DNA from: Candidatus Poribacteria bacterium
GTDB taxonomy: Bacteria; Poribacteria; WGA-4E; PCPOR2b
NCBI GenBank assembly: GCA_965208325.1
Contig: OZ242326.1
Span: 704,001-768,000, forward strand
Direction of reading: 5' to 3'
DNA: 64,000 nt
Below are positions 9,162 to 18,216 of this stretch, piece by piece (positions within the stretch are counted from its first letter, which is position 1; each line of letters begins with the position of its first letter). The notes under the pieces are model-generated. The model was not told where the DNA came from. It worked only from the letters and a program-made list of their open reading frames with translations, and did no database searches. Both the position numbers and the translations under genes were made by a program.

Positions 9162-10124
9162 CTATCGAATTGCGATGGGATTGCCCGGCGACCCCGTCGC
9201 GCCCTTGAGTCTCAGCGGGGAAAAAACAAAAGCGAATTCGTACACTTTGTCTCGCACCAAGTCTTCAGTAATCAGGTTTTCAAGGTTGTAGATGCCGTTT
9301 TTGGGTAAAAACAGTTGGTGCACCGGAAACGACATGGATTTATCGGGATTAGGAACCACTTCAATTGCCCAAGTATCGGCGCCCGCCATCACAATTTTCT
9401 GATCGACCAAATATTCGCCTGCTTCCATGCCTATACCGGGTTCGGTTGTACCGTAGCGTTCGTTATCCGTCATCCAATACTTCCCCCAGCCGGTATGGAA
9501 TAGAACGAAATCGCCCGGTTTGATTTCGGTGCCTTGACGCTCTAACGCGCCTTTCAAATCCGCCAGCGTGATTTCATAGCCGCCTTCCAAATGTTCGACG
9601 CCCTTGTAGCTTGCGATATCAATCAGAACACCCCGTGTGAAGAAGACGCCAACGTTTTCTACACCGAGCTTAATCAATCCCCCGGGTTTTGCGAAGTCGT
9701 GTCGATTAAACCCGTTGTAGTAGAGATCTCCGATACCGACGTGTCCCAATCCATCGAATTGCGTGCCAACCTGACCAATCTGGCCGCTGAAGATTTCGTC
9801 GTGTGACGTGAGCTGATTCTCGCCAGATGGGTCCGTAGTGTGCGGAATCATGAGACTGTAGTGGCGTGTACCAACGAGCGGCATGCCAGCTTCGTAGACC
9901 CTTCCAAGCTGATAAATTTTCCCCTCTTTGATTAAACTAACAGCCTCCAACACCTTTGCGGGGGTTATGCGGTTTGCCGCACCGCGCTGATCGTCAGGAC
10001 CCCATTCCGATGGGTACCATTTTGATTCTTGGGTAATTGTCCAGGTTGTCGTCAAAGCCATCAATAATATCACCGTACCGGTGAGAACTACACGTTTGAT
10101 TCGCTGTGTATGCCTGCTTGTCAT
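9162..10124 (-). CDS. Cyclase family (kynurenine formamidase-like) metal-dependent hydrolase with N-terminal signal/TM segment
   Basis: WGPDDQRG, GTQFDGLGH, HTGW, VHQ..L...GIYNLENL and GATGSP motifs. Confidence 0.85.
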   Translation of the reverse strand: MTSRHTQRIKRVVLTGTVILLMALTTTWTITQESKWYPSEWGPDDQRGAANRITPAKVLEAVSLIKEGKIYQLGRVYEAGMPLVGTRHYSLMIPHTTDPSGENQLTSHDEIFSGQIGQVGTQFDGLGHVGIGDLYYNGFNRHDFAKPGGLIKLGVENVGVFFTRGVLIDIASYKGVEHLEGGYEITLADLKGALERQGTEIKPGDFVLFHTGWGKYWMTDNERYGTTEPGIGMEAGEYLVDQKIVMAGADTWAIEVVPNPDKSMSFPVHQLFLPKNGIYNLENLITEDLVRDKVYEFAFVFSPLRLKGATGSPGNPIAIR

Positions 10125-10310
10125 TAATTTCTCCTTGCGATTGCCAACGTTTATGCGCTATAGCCTAACCACGTTAGAATGGATAATAACAAAAGGTGAC
10201 GACTTGAAAGCGCTGCCTTTCCCTACTTGAAACAAAGTTTAGCAGAATCAATAAGCTAATTCAAGAGAATTCATTGACACAGTACCACCTCAAGGCAGTA
10301 AATTAAAGGC

Positions 10311-10339
10311 TTGACGACCGCTTTTTTTCTCTGTATTAT
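10311..10339 (+). promoter_or_regulatory. sigma70-type promoter upstream of tatD
   Basis: TTGACG-17 bp-TATTAT, about 95 bp before the tatD ATG. Confidence 0.55.
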
Positions 10340-10433
10340 CTTCCTGTGGAAAGACCGAAGTATTGCCAGGTTAGATGGTTCGGATGCTGAAAGAATTTTC
10401 ATAGCGCCTTATGGGAAGGTAAAGAATATTTGC

Positions 10434-11213
10434 ATGCTCGTTGACTCACATGCTCACATTCAACTCGATGCGTTCGCCGCGGACCGAGAGGAGGTATTGG
10501 AAAACGCACAAGAAGATGGAGTTCACTCAATCCTCACGATTGGATTCGATGTGGAGACCAGCCGCGGCGCAATCAAACTTGCCGAACAATATGAGCAAAT
10601 CTTTGCGGCTGTCGGCATGCATCCGCACGATGCGAAAGTATTCAATGACGAAACGAGCAAAATATTTCTCAGCCTCGCCGACCACCCGAAAGTAATCGCG
10701 CTTGGTGAAATGGGGCTCGACTACTACCGAGATCGCTCGCCGCGTTCGATTCAGAAAATAGCGTTCGAGCAGCAATTAGATCTTGCAGAAGATAAAAACC
10801 TACCCGTCGTCATTCACAATCGAGAAGCCTACCACGACATCATCCCAATTTTGCAAGCGAGGCGCGGGCGTATCCGCGGCGTGATGCACTGCTTTTCCGG
10901 AGTAGTCGAAACCATGCGGCAGAGTCTTGATCTCGAATTTTACATCGGACTCGGGGGACCCGTGACGTATCGAAAATCTCATGAGTTGCAGGAGGTAGCA
11001 CGCGAGGTACCAGCTGACCGCCTTCTTGTGGAAACGGACTGTCCGTGGCTTGCGCCCCAATTTCGGCGCGGCAAACGCAATGAACCAGCCTATGTCCGAG
11101 CGATAGCAGCAAGGATTGCCGAACTTCGCGGCGTAACGTTGGAAGACATTGGGGCAACAACGACACGCAACTTTGAGACTCTGTTTGGTAGAAGCGTACA
11201 GGCCGGCACATGA
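10434..11213 (+). CDS. tatD: TatD-family DNase/hydrolase
   Basis: MLVDSHAH, GMHPHD, GEMGLDYY, IHNREA, MHCFSG, ETDCPWLAP and RNEP motifs. Start moved from 10311 to ATG 10434. Confidence 0.93.
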   Translation: MLVDSHAHIQLDAFAADREEVLENAQEDGVHSILTIGFDVETSRGAIKLAEQYEQIFAAVGMHPHDAKVFNDETSKIFLSLADHPKVIALGEMGLDYYRDRSPRSIQKIAFEQQLDLAEDKNLPVVIHNREAYHDIIPILQARRGRIRGVMHCFSGVVETMRQSLDLEFYIGLGGPVTYRKSHELQEVAREVPADRLLVETDCPWLAPQFRRGKRNEPAYVRAIAARIAELRGVTLEDIGATTTRNFETLFGRSVQAGT

Positions 11214-12334
11214 TGAACAGGCTCAATTTTCGCACCTACGCAATGGTAATTGCACTCACCTGTATTTGGGCGATTTTCACCGCATTAACCGACGGTACAT
11301 TCCTCACGAACCGAAACCTTTCGAACCTTTCCCGGCAGGCGTCGGTGACTGCTATTTTAGCTGTCGGAATGGTGTTCATCATTGTTTCAGCAAATATCGA
11401 TCTCTCAGTCGGCTATGGCTCCGGACTGCTTGGGGCAATTGCCGTAATCATACATGTCTGGTGGGAACAAAACCCGATAGTTGCAATCCTTGCAACTATC
11501 GCACTAGGGATACTGATTGGCGCAGTGCAGGGATATTTCGTAGCGTATCAGCGTGTGCCCGCTTTTATTGTCACACTTGGGGGTTTTATGGTCTGCCGCG
11601 GCCTGATGTTGGCAGCCACAAGAGGCGAAACTATCCTACTCCCAAACAATTGGTTCAAAGCGATAGGAAATGCCTACCTGCCAAAATCAATCGGTTGGGG
11701 GTTAGCAATTACCGCGCTGATTTCGGGCGCATATGCCTTCTATCGCCAGCGGAAAGCCCGTGTAAGTTACGGGTTGGCGGTGCCTTCGACCACAATTTTT
11801 GTTGTGAAAATTGTCGGAACATCGACGACAATTATCGGATTTGCCGCCGTCATGAACAGCCATGAAGGAATCGCGGTGCCGGTTTGCATTTTGTTCATGT
11901 TAGTCTTCTTCTTTCACTTCATTGCAGACCACACTCGTTTTGGGCGGTATGTTTACGCTATTGGCGGCAATTCGGAAGCCGCTTATCTCTCCGGGATCAA
12001 CGTCCGAAACGTCACGCTGCGCGTCTTTGCAATCATGGGTGCACTCATGGCGGTCGCCGGGGTTGTGCTTGCTGCGCGTGTCGGCAGCGCAAGCCCCGAA
12101 GCAGGTCGGTTACTTGAGTTAGATGCTATCGCAGCTTGTGTTATCGGCGGCGCAAGTTTAATGGGCGGGCGCGGCAGCATTCCGGGCGCGGTATTAGGAG
12201 CGCTCGTAATGGAAAGCCTTAATAACGGCATGAGCATGGCAAACATGGATGCCTCATGGCAAGATATAATTAAGGGGGTCGTATTAGTAGCAGCTGTTTG
12301 GTTTGACATTATGTCACGGCGGCGCGGCAGGTGA
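11210..12334 (+). CDS. Sugar ABC transporter permease (XylH/GguB-like)
   Basis: IDLSVG, VPAFIVTLGG, TRFGRYVYAIGGN.EAA.LSGI and ELDAIAACVIGG motifs. Confidence 0.9.
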   Translation: MMNRLNFRTYAMVIALTCIWAIFTALTDGTFLTNRNLSNLSRQASVTAILAVGMVFIIVSANIDLSVGYGSGLLGAIAVIIHVWWEQNPIVAILATIALGILIGAVQGYFVAYQRVPAFIVTLGGFMVCRGLMLAATRGETILLPNNWFKAIGNAYLPKSIGWGLAITALISGAYAFYRQRKARVSYGLAVPSTTIFVVKIVGTSTTIIGFAAVMNSHEGIAVPVCILFMLVFFFHFIADHTRFGRYVYAIGGNSEAAYLSGINVRNVTLRVFAIMGALMAVAGVVLAARVGSASPEAGRLLELDAIAACVIGGASLMGGRGSIPGAVLGALVMESLNNGMSMANMDASWQDIIKGVVLVAAVWFDIMSRRRGR

Positions 12335-12380
12335 GGACACAAAAATTAACTCTTACAGAAACTGAAAATTGGAGGAGGTT

Positions 12381-12722
12381 ATGACGGTGAATTGGATGTA
12401 CTTTAGAAATAGCTGAACATCTTGCCGTAAAGCGCAAGAGTTTCTTGACGCAAATGATTTTCAAGTAGATAGCCGAACCGATGCGCGTAAGGTGAAGCTG
12501 AATCCAACGGAAGTTTGGGAGCGTATCAAAACTGCCCAATCCATCCACGTTGCACGGGGCAAGGAGGTCAATGTTTTCAATCCGGATGTCGGCTTGCGAG
12601 ATGACATTCTCAAAGCGGTAATGGGACGAAGTGGAAATTTGCGTGCACCCACACTGCAAATCGGGGAGTCGTTTTTCGTTGGATTTAATGCGAAACTGTA
12701 CGATGCTATACTAATGTTATGA
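12381..12722 (+). CDS. ArsC/Spx-like thioredoxin-fold selenoprotein (UxxC), 113 aa with in-frame UGA
   Basis: RBS GGAGGAGG 12371-12378, ATG 12381; MTVNWMYFRNS-U-TSCRKAQEFL with TGA at 12414-12416, in frame with track ORF 12492..12722 (GRSGNLRAPTL, VGFN). A hairpin follows the UGA. Confidence 0.8.
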
Positions 12723-12802
12723 ACGCTGTGTGATACAGTCACACTGGCAAAGCTACCGGCAAAACCCTATTCACTGAACGAGTGTATGAGAAGTTTAACA
12801 GA

Positions 12803-15658
12803 TTATCGCCGTTTCCAAATCTCCACATTTCCAAGCTGAATATCTTTGATATAATGTATTTGAAGATAAGCAGCGACTAATGGAAGCACGGCGGAAATCC
12901 GCTCTCTGTATATCACTATTTTTGGCTTCGACGCCTCCAAGTCCGCAATCACCTCTTTCTGCAGCGGCTCCGGTTTAGCATAGGCGATTTGAGGGAACCT
13001 TGTTGGATTAGGTCTGTTCGCAAGGAAATAATTCATGCCTTGGTTAGCAAAATCGAAGATTGGGTCAGAAGACTCGGTGTTTTCTTGGATATAATTGACC
13101 ACCTGTTCAATCTGCGCCGCCTCGTTCACTGGTGTCAAAACCCGCCCTGCCCGCTTTAAGCGTACCTCGGCATATCCCCCTGGGATTCTTCCGTAATTCG
13201 TAAAATTAACTAGCATCGTTTCAGCCTGCTTCAACGGTTTGGCTGCGAATACCCCGTACAGATCTGTCCTGATATACCAAAGCAAGCCCACCACAAACAT
13301 CATAGAACAAATTAACAGCGGTAGATTAATTCGGGACATTTGCACGCTGCGGACCGTAGGCGGCGACGCATCACGACATTCACCATGCTCTACCGTCATT
13401 TTAGCATCGTTGGTTGTATCGGCTCTTGTCAGTTCTTCACTCGTTTTTACCTGGTGTGTATTCTCCGAAGATCCACGCAACCTAAACGCCAGCCACATTC
13501 CTTCAAAGAAAAAGAAGCAGATTAACCAGATAAAAGAAGAGCTAAATAATACATGGTGCCAGTCTGAACGACCTAAAGCTGTTCTGAAATAAATGATACC
13601 CGCCAACAGAATTATAAGCAACTTCCAATCCTCCACTTTCCATTGATTTGCAACTGCGCGAAACATCAGAAAGGTTAAAGTCATCAAGTAAACGAGGATG
13701 GGGAAATACCACATAAATGTCTTGCTTAAAATAAAGTCCGATAATGTGACGAGAGAGGTAATCTTTGATAGTTCTGCCAACAGCGGGATAAAGGGCGTTC
13801 CCCAAATTTCCGTGTGATACGTGAATTGAATCCATGAGCTTTTAACCGCATCATCTATCGCACCGTGGACGCCAAAAAAGATAATGAACGGGGCAAATCC
13901 TATTATGACCCCTAACTTATACGTTAGAAGCGGCGACAAACACTTGCCCAATGCACCATCCCTCACCTGCTGTACTTTGTCTTTTGAAGAACTAGGATTC
14001 GCCGCGGCTCCACCATTATTGACCGATCTGCAGAAAATGGAGGCGAAACCGAATACAAATAGGAACACGCTAGAGGCTGCCCAAGTATACAAACCGGTGT
14101 CAAGACTATAGAACACTGCCAATGTTGTACAAACTCCTGCCGCTGCGAGAATCGATTTTCCATGTCCGGGACTTCTTTGAGTCCATTTGCATAGCAGCAT
14201 CAGAGTGAGAAACCCCAGAATATGCCGATCTGTCACCGGAAGGTACGCTCGCGGTGCTGCCAATCCAAACGTCAGCAAAATTAAAGCCAAAGAAACAAAG
14301 AGAGCCGTAGCTCTTCTTCGAAAACACTGCAACGCGAGAAGATAAAAACAGACATATCCCAGTGGATACACAATATGGTGCAGTTTTCTATCCGCCTCTA
14401 GCGTTTCTCCAAAGAGTTTCATGGCGAGCCAGGGTTTGTATGCGTTTTGAACAAGCCCGTGCTGTAGGTAGACATCTCGATAAGGAATGCCCCCTCGCAG
14501 CAGTTCGTTTACTACTGCCGCACGTTCGCCTTCGTGATAAAGGTCAATACCGCCCATGGCGTTCGCACCGGTATAAGCATGGCTCAGACTGGCATTGCTA
14601 TTATACATAAAGGCGTAAATGAGAGCGGACATCATGATAATGTTCAGAATAGACACTCTCCGTTGCAAAGCCATGTGGTAAGGCCGGCTGGCGGGGATTT
14701 GCTGCTTAACAATTCTTCGGGATGAACGGAGGTTTAGCAGGGTAGAAATTTTCAAAGCGGCAATTGCTATGACAGTGACAATTGCCAAGATTGCCGCTGC
14801 ATGCTTCACCCTGAAAAACACCGTGAGAAACAACAGCAGGATGGACGGAAAATAAGTGACAGAATCATTTCGGAGTATATCAGCGAAACTATAAGGTGTT
14901 AATGTTCTCAGCAGTATCGAATATCCAACCCAGAATCCCCAGGTTCCCAGCACAATAACAAAGAGCATTTGCCAACACGCTATTGCTGCGACCTCTTTCG
15001 GACTTCCAATAATCAGAAGAAAAACGGTCAGGCAAACCCCGCAGGCAATCGGTATTCCATGGAATGGCATTGTCTCCCTAGCCCAAAGAATTTCTCCAAT
15101 TTTTGGCTCTCCTTCCAAACGCGTCTCGCCCTCGCGCGTTTCCAGTTTTTCACGCCGACGCCTTTTCGAGACCATCAGGTGGAATGAAAAAAACAACACT
15201 TGGGCAATTATGAACAGGCTCGCCGGCGTCCCGAATTCTCCAGCAAATTTGCCAGGAAGGTGTACTCGCTCCAACACTAACAAGAAAAGTAGATACGTGA
15301 GCGCATTTTCCCGCAAGATGCGCTCATTGGCGTTGTTAGTCAATTTAGCGCAAACCGCCGAGAACGTCACCCATAATCCGCAACTCATCAGGACATAAAC
15401 CGGCACGAACGCGAGTGCGGCTAAATAATTTACAATCTCCTGACGCTCGGCTACAGTACGTTTGGCAAGTTGATCTGACCCAAATTCAGTAAAAAAATGG
15501 AGGTGTTCCTTGACATTAAAACCCAATGCCAAAGCGAAAATAAAGCTGCTTCCGGAAACTATCACCGCAAAGGCTTGGTTTCTATGTTGCCGCGCGAGGT
15601 TGAAGGTGTCGCGAATAGCGTTACGCATAGCAAGATGCTCCAATCGAAGAAAGTCCAA
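12803..15658 (-). CDS. Large polytopic membrane protein, probable GT-C-type glycosyltransferase
   Basis: About 20 hydrophobic segments; GGIPYRDVYLQHG loop and C-terminal YFLANRPNPTRF domain typical of membrane glycosyltransferase-like proteins. Confidence 0.55.
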   Translation of the reverse strand: MDFLRLEHLAMRNAIRDTFNLARQHRNQAFAVIVSGSSFIFALALGFNVKEHLHFFTEFGSDQLAKRTVAERQEIVNYLAALAFVPVYVLMSCGLWVTFSAVCAKLTNNANERILRENALTYLLFLLVLERVHLPGKFAGEFGTPASLFIIAQVLFFSFHLMVSKRRRREKLETREGETRLEGEPKIGEILWARETMPFHGIPIACGVCLTVFLLIIGSPKEVAAIACWQMLFVIVLGTWGFWVGYSILLRTLTPYSFADILRNDSVTYFPSILLLFLTVFFRVKHAAAILAIVTVIAIAALKISTLLNLRSSRRIVKQQIPASRPYHMALQRRVSILNIIMMSALIYAFMYNSNASLSHAYTGANAMGGIDLYHEGERAAVVNELLRGGIPYRDVYLQHGLVQNAYKPWLAMKLFGETLEADRKLHHIVYPLGYVCFYLLALQCFRRRATALFVSLALILLTFGLAAPRAYLPVTDRHILGFLTLMLLCKWTQRSPGHGKSILAAAGVCTTLAVFYSLDTGLYTWAASSVFLFVFGFASIFCRSVNNGGAAANPSSSKDKVQQVRDGALGKCLSPLLTYKLGVIIGFAPFIIFFGVHGAIDDAVKSSWIQFTYHTEIWGTPFIPLLAELSKITSLVTLSDFILSKTFMWYFPILVYLMTLTFLMFRAVANQWKVEDWKLLIILLAGIIYFRTALGRSDWHHVLFSSSFIWLICFFFFEGMWLAFRLRGSSENTHQVKTSEELTRADTTNDAKMTVEHGECRDASPPTVRSVQMSRINLPLLICSMMFVVGLLWYIRTDLYGVFAAKPLKQAETMLVNFTNYGRIPGGYAEVRLKRAGRVLTPVNEAAQIEQVVNYIQENTESSDPIFDFANQGMNYFLANRPNPTRFPQIAYAKPEPLQKEVIADLEASKPKIVIYRERISAVLPLVAAYLQIHYIKDIQLGNVEIWKRR

Positions 15659-15791
15659 GCTCGTCTTGATGGACGCTCACATAATATCTGAAGGTAGAGT
15701 CATGCCTCCTGACGGTTCAGAAAGGACTATCTTGGATTCAATTGTTGAGTCAAAGGGAATGGGACGCGGAGGCAGTGCTTTTTAATGTCGA

Positions 15792-15829
15792 TGGCACCCG
15801 CACAAAGGCGGGGTGAATGCTGGGTGCCA
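15792..15829. terminator. Stem-loop downstream of the quinone reductase gene
   Basis: TGGCACCC-GCA...TGC-T-GGGTGCCA inverted repeat just past the stop codon. Confidence 0.4.
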
Positions 15830-15844
15830 AATTCTACTAACCGC

Positions 15845-16807
15845 TTAGGTAATCAATGAAATATTGCCGTATGCGGACGACTGCATTACGCGGTGATGGG
15901 CGTCGGCGGCTTCGGCAAGCGGAATTTCTTTGCCAACACTCGGACGGAGTGTACCGTTACTCAAGCCGGCAACCAGATAAGCGTGAATGCTGGCAAATTC
16001 ACATTCCGATGCATTTCTCAACGACATCCCTACGATACTCGCATCGCGGCTCATCGTGTCACGGGCGTTGATTTCCACAGCACCTCGGCTGCCGATTACG
16101 ACAACTCGTCCGCCCATCGCAAGAGCAGGTAAATCGTTGCCAAGGTTGACGTTTGCGAGCATTTCGAGGATTACGTCGACACCTTTCCCATCGGTAAATT
16201 CAATGGCTTGGTCGAGATGATTTGGCGCGTGGTGATCCAATACATAATTCGCACCGTGTTCGGCAACCAAAGACCGCCCGGCTTCTGAACCTACGGTGCC
16301 AATGACTGTCATTCCGCCAGCACGGGCTAACTCGACCGCCGCAAGACCGACACCGCCGCTTGCACCATGGACTAAAACAACTTCTCCCGGTATTACCCGT
16401 GCACGTTGAAACAGAGCGCGATACGCTGTTCCGTAGGGCACGCCCACGCTCGCACCTTGAGCAAACGTCACAGAATCGGGGAGCGGATGAACGTCGCCAG
16501 AATGGCATACGGTTCGTTCTGCATAACCACCGGTAACCGTGCCCGCACAGTACACGCGATCTCCCACCGACACATTTGCCACGCCATCCCCAACTGACTC
16601 AACGATACCAGCGGCGTCAATTCCGGGTGTGTAAGGGAGGTCGGCTGTATAACCGTGAAGCCCGGACCGAATGTATGTATCTACGGGATTGACGCCGGCG
16701 GCATATACCTGTATTACGACCTCTTCAGCACCGGGATGCGGGTCTGGTATGTCTTCTAAGATCATTACTTCCGGTGAGCCGTGCTCGTGTACTCTAATTG
16801 ACTTCAT
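15845..16807 (-). CDS. qor: NADPH:quinone reductase (zeta-crystallin, MDR family)
   Basis: AAGVNPVD, PYTPG.D.AG, HGASGGVG and DVILEMLANVNL motifs. Confidence 0.9.
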   Translation of the reverse strand: MKSIRVHEHGSPEVMILEDIPDPHPGAEEVVIQVYAAGVNPVDTYIRSGLHGYTADLPYTPGIDAAGIVESVGDGVANVSVGDRVYCAGTVTGGYAERTVCHSGDVHPLPDSVTFAQGASVGVPYGTAYRALFQRARVIPGEVVLVHGASGGVGLAAVELARAGGMTVIGTVGSEAGRSLVAEHGANYVLDHHAPNHLDQAIEFTDGKGVDVILEMLANVNLGNDLPALAMGGRVVVIGSRGAVEINARDTMSRDASIVGMSLRNASECEFASIHAYLVAGLSNGTLRPSVGKEIPLAEAADAHHRVMQSSAYGNISLIT

Positions 16808-16857
16808 AATTCCTTCCTCCTATCCTTTGGGCGGTTAAACATTCCGATAATTATAGT

Positions 16858-18189
16858 TCATTCACCGTCTTTTGCGTTCGAGGACCGGTAACTAATTCGC
16901 AAGGGTGTCCCGTTAAAGCCGAATGCCTTGCGAATACCATTAATCAAATACGCTTCGTAGTGGTCAGGGATTTTGTTGGAATGTCGAGCAAAAATTAGAA
17001 ATGTCGGCGGTCTCGTTTTTATCTGCGTAATGTATTTCAATGCGGGCCGTATTTTTCCAGCCCGCGGTGGTTGGTGTTCATTCTTTAATCTCATCAACAG
17101 GTCGTTTAACTCATGTGTTGGCACCTCTGTGCAATACTCGTAATTTATGTCTAGACTGAGATTGAGTAGATTCGTTACGCGTTGACCTGTAATTGCGGAA
17201 ACAAAAAGTAACGGCACGTAGGAGAGTTGGGATAGTTGTGAGTAAATAGACTCGACAAATTCGTTGTGGGTCGAATTGTCTTTCTCGATTAAATCCCATT
17301 TGTTGATAACCAAAATACACGCCTTTCCCTGTCGGGCGATGTAACTAGCGATTGTCTTATCTTGACGTGCAATTTTACGGCTGGCGTCCACAACCAACCA
17401 CGAGATGTCACTCTGGCGGATACTGCGAATTGCTCGTTGAACGGTCGATTGCTCCAAATCGTCGCCAATAGTAGATTTCCGCCGCATCCCGGCTGTGTCA
17501 ATCAGTTCAAAGGCGACATGGTTGTGCACAAAACTGATGTTGACCGCGTCATGTGTTGTCCCGGGACGTTCATCAACAATCATCCGCTCTTCCCCTAGAA
17601 TTCTGTTAATTAGCGAGGATTTACCCACATTAGGGCGGCCTACGATGGCAACTTTTATAGCCTTTGAAGCGACGGTTGCATCTACGTCAGTCTTCGGAAG
17701 CGCAAATATTACTCTATCAAGGAGGTGACTGAGACCGTCATTTTGCGTACATGAAACAAAAAAATGGTTGTCGAATCCCAGCTCGTAAAACTCTACCGCA
17801 TTGGCTCTGAGTCGTTCATTATCCACTTTATTCACAACAACGAAAATCGGTTTCTCCATTTGCCTGAGCGCGTTCGCAATATCCATGTCCTGCGGCATCA
17901 TCCCGGTCATTGCATCAACCACAAACAGAACGATTTCCGCTTCATTTATAGCGGCTTCTACCTGCACCTTAACTCTATCAATTAACGAATCTTCGGGAGC
18001 AAGCTCCATCCCACCGGTATCTGCGATCGTGAAACATTTATCCATCCAATCGACATCCGCATAGAGTCGATCTCTCGTCACACCCGGCCGATCATGAATA
18101 ACAGCAATGTGTTTTTTGGCAATCCGATTAAAAAGCGACGATTTCCCAACGTTCGGCCTGCCGACGATTGCAACAATGGGTTTTGGCAT
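16858..18189 (-). CDS. der: Ribosome biogenesis GTPase Der (EngA)
   Basis: Two GRPNVGKSS P-loops, DTGG/DTAG, NKVD/NKWD and a C-terminal KH-like domain. Confidence 0.97.
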   Translation of the reverse strand: MPKPIVAIVGRPNVGKSSLFNRIAKKHIAVIHDRPGVTRDRLYADVDWMDKCFTIADTGGMELAPEDSLIDRVKVQVEAAINEAEIVLFVVDAMTGMMPQDMDIANALRQMEKPIFVVVNKVDNERLRANAVEFYELGFDNHFFVSCTQNDGLSHLLDRVIFALPKTDVDATVASKAIKVAIVGRPNVGKSSLINRILGEERMIVDERPGTTHDAVNISFVHNHVAFELIDTAGMRRKSTIGDDLEQSTVQRAIRSIRQSDISWLVVDASRKIARQDKTIASYIARQGKACILVINKWDLIEKDNSTHNEFVESIYSQLSQLSYVPLLFVSAITGQRVTNLLNLSLDINYEYCTEVPTHELNDLLMRLKNEHQPPRAGKIRPALKYITQIKTRPPTFLIFARHSNKIPDHYEAYLINGIRKAFGFNGTPLRISYRSSNAKDGE

Positions 18190-18216
18190 GATTACCGTAC
18201 CTTTTTGGAAGCTAGC

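Noticed and set aside
10311..10433. N-terminal extension of TatD in the ORF track
   Set aside because: The TTG start coincides with a -35 box, and the family motif begins at ATG 10434.
11149..11865. 238-aa alternative-frame ORF and the many other short overlapping or antisense ORFs
   Set aside because: They overlap well-supported genes and show no recognisable motifs or RBS; treated as shadow ORFs.
15117..15141. Short palindrome (AAACGCG...CGCGTTT) in a hydrophilic loop of the large membrane protein, as a REP-like insertion
   Set aside because: A 7-bp stem in a single copy is insufficient evidence.
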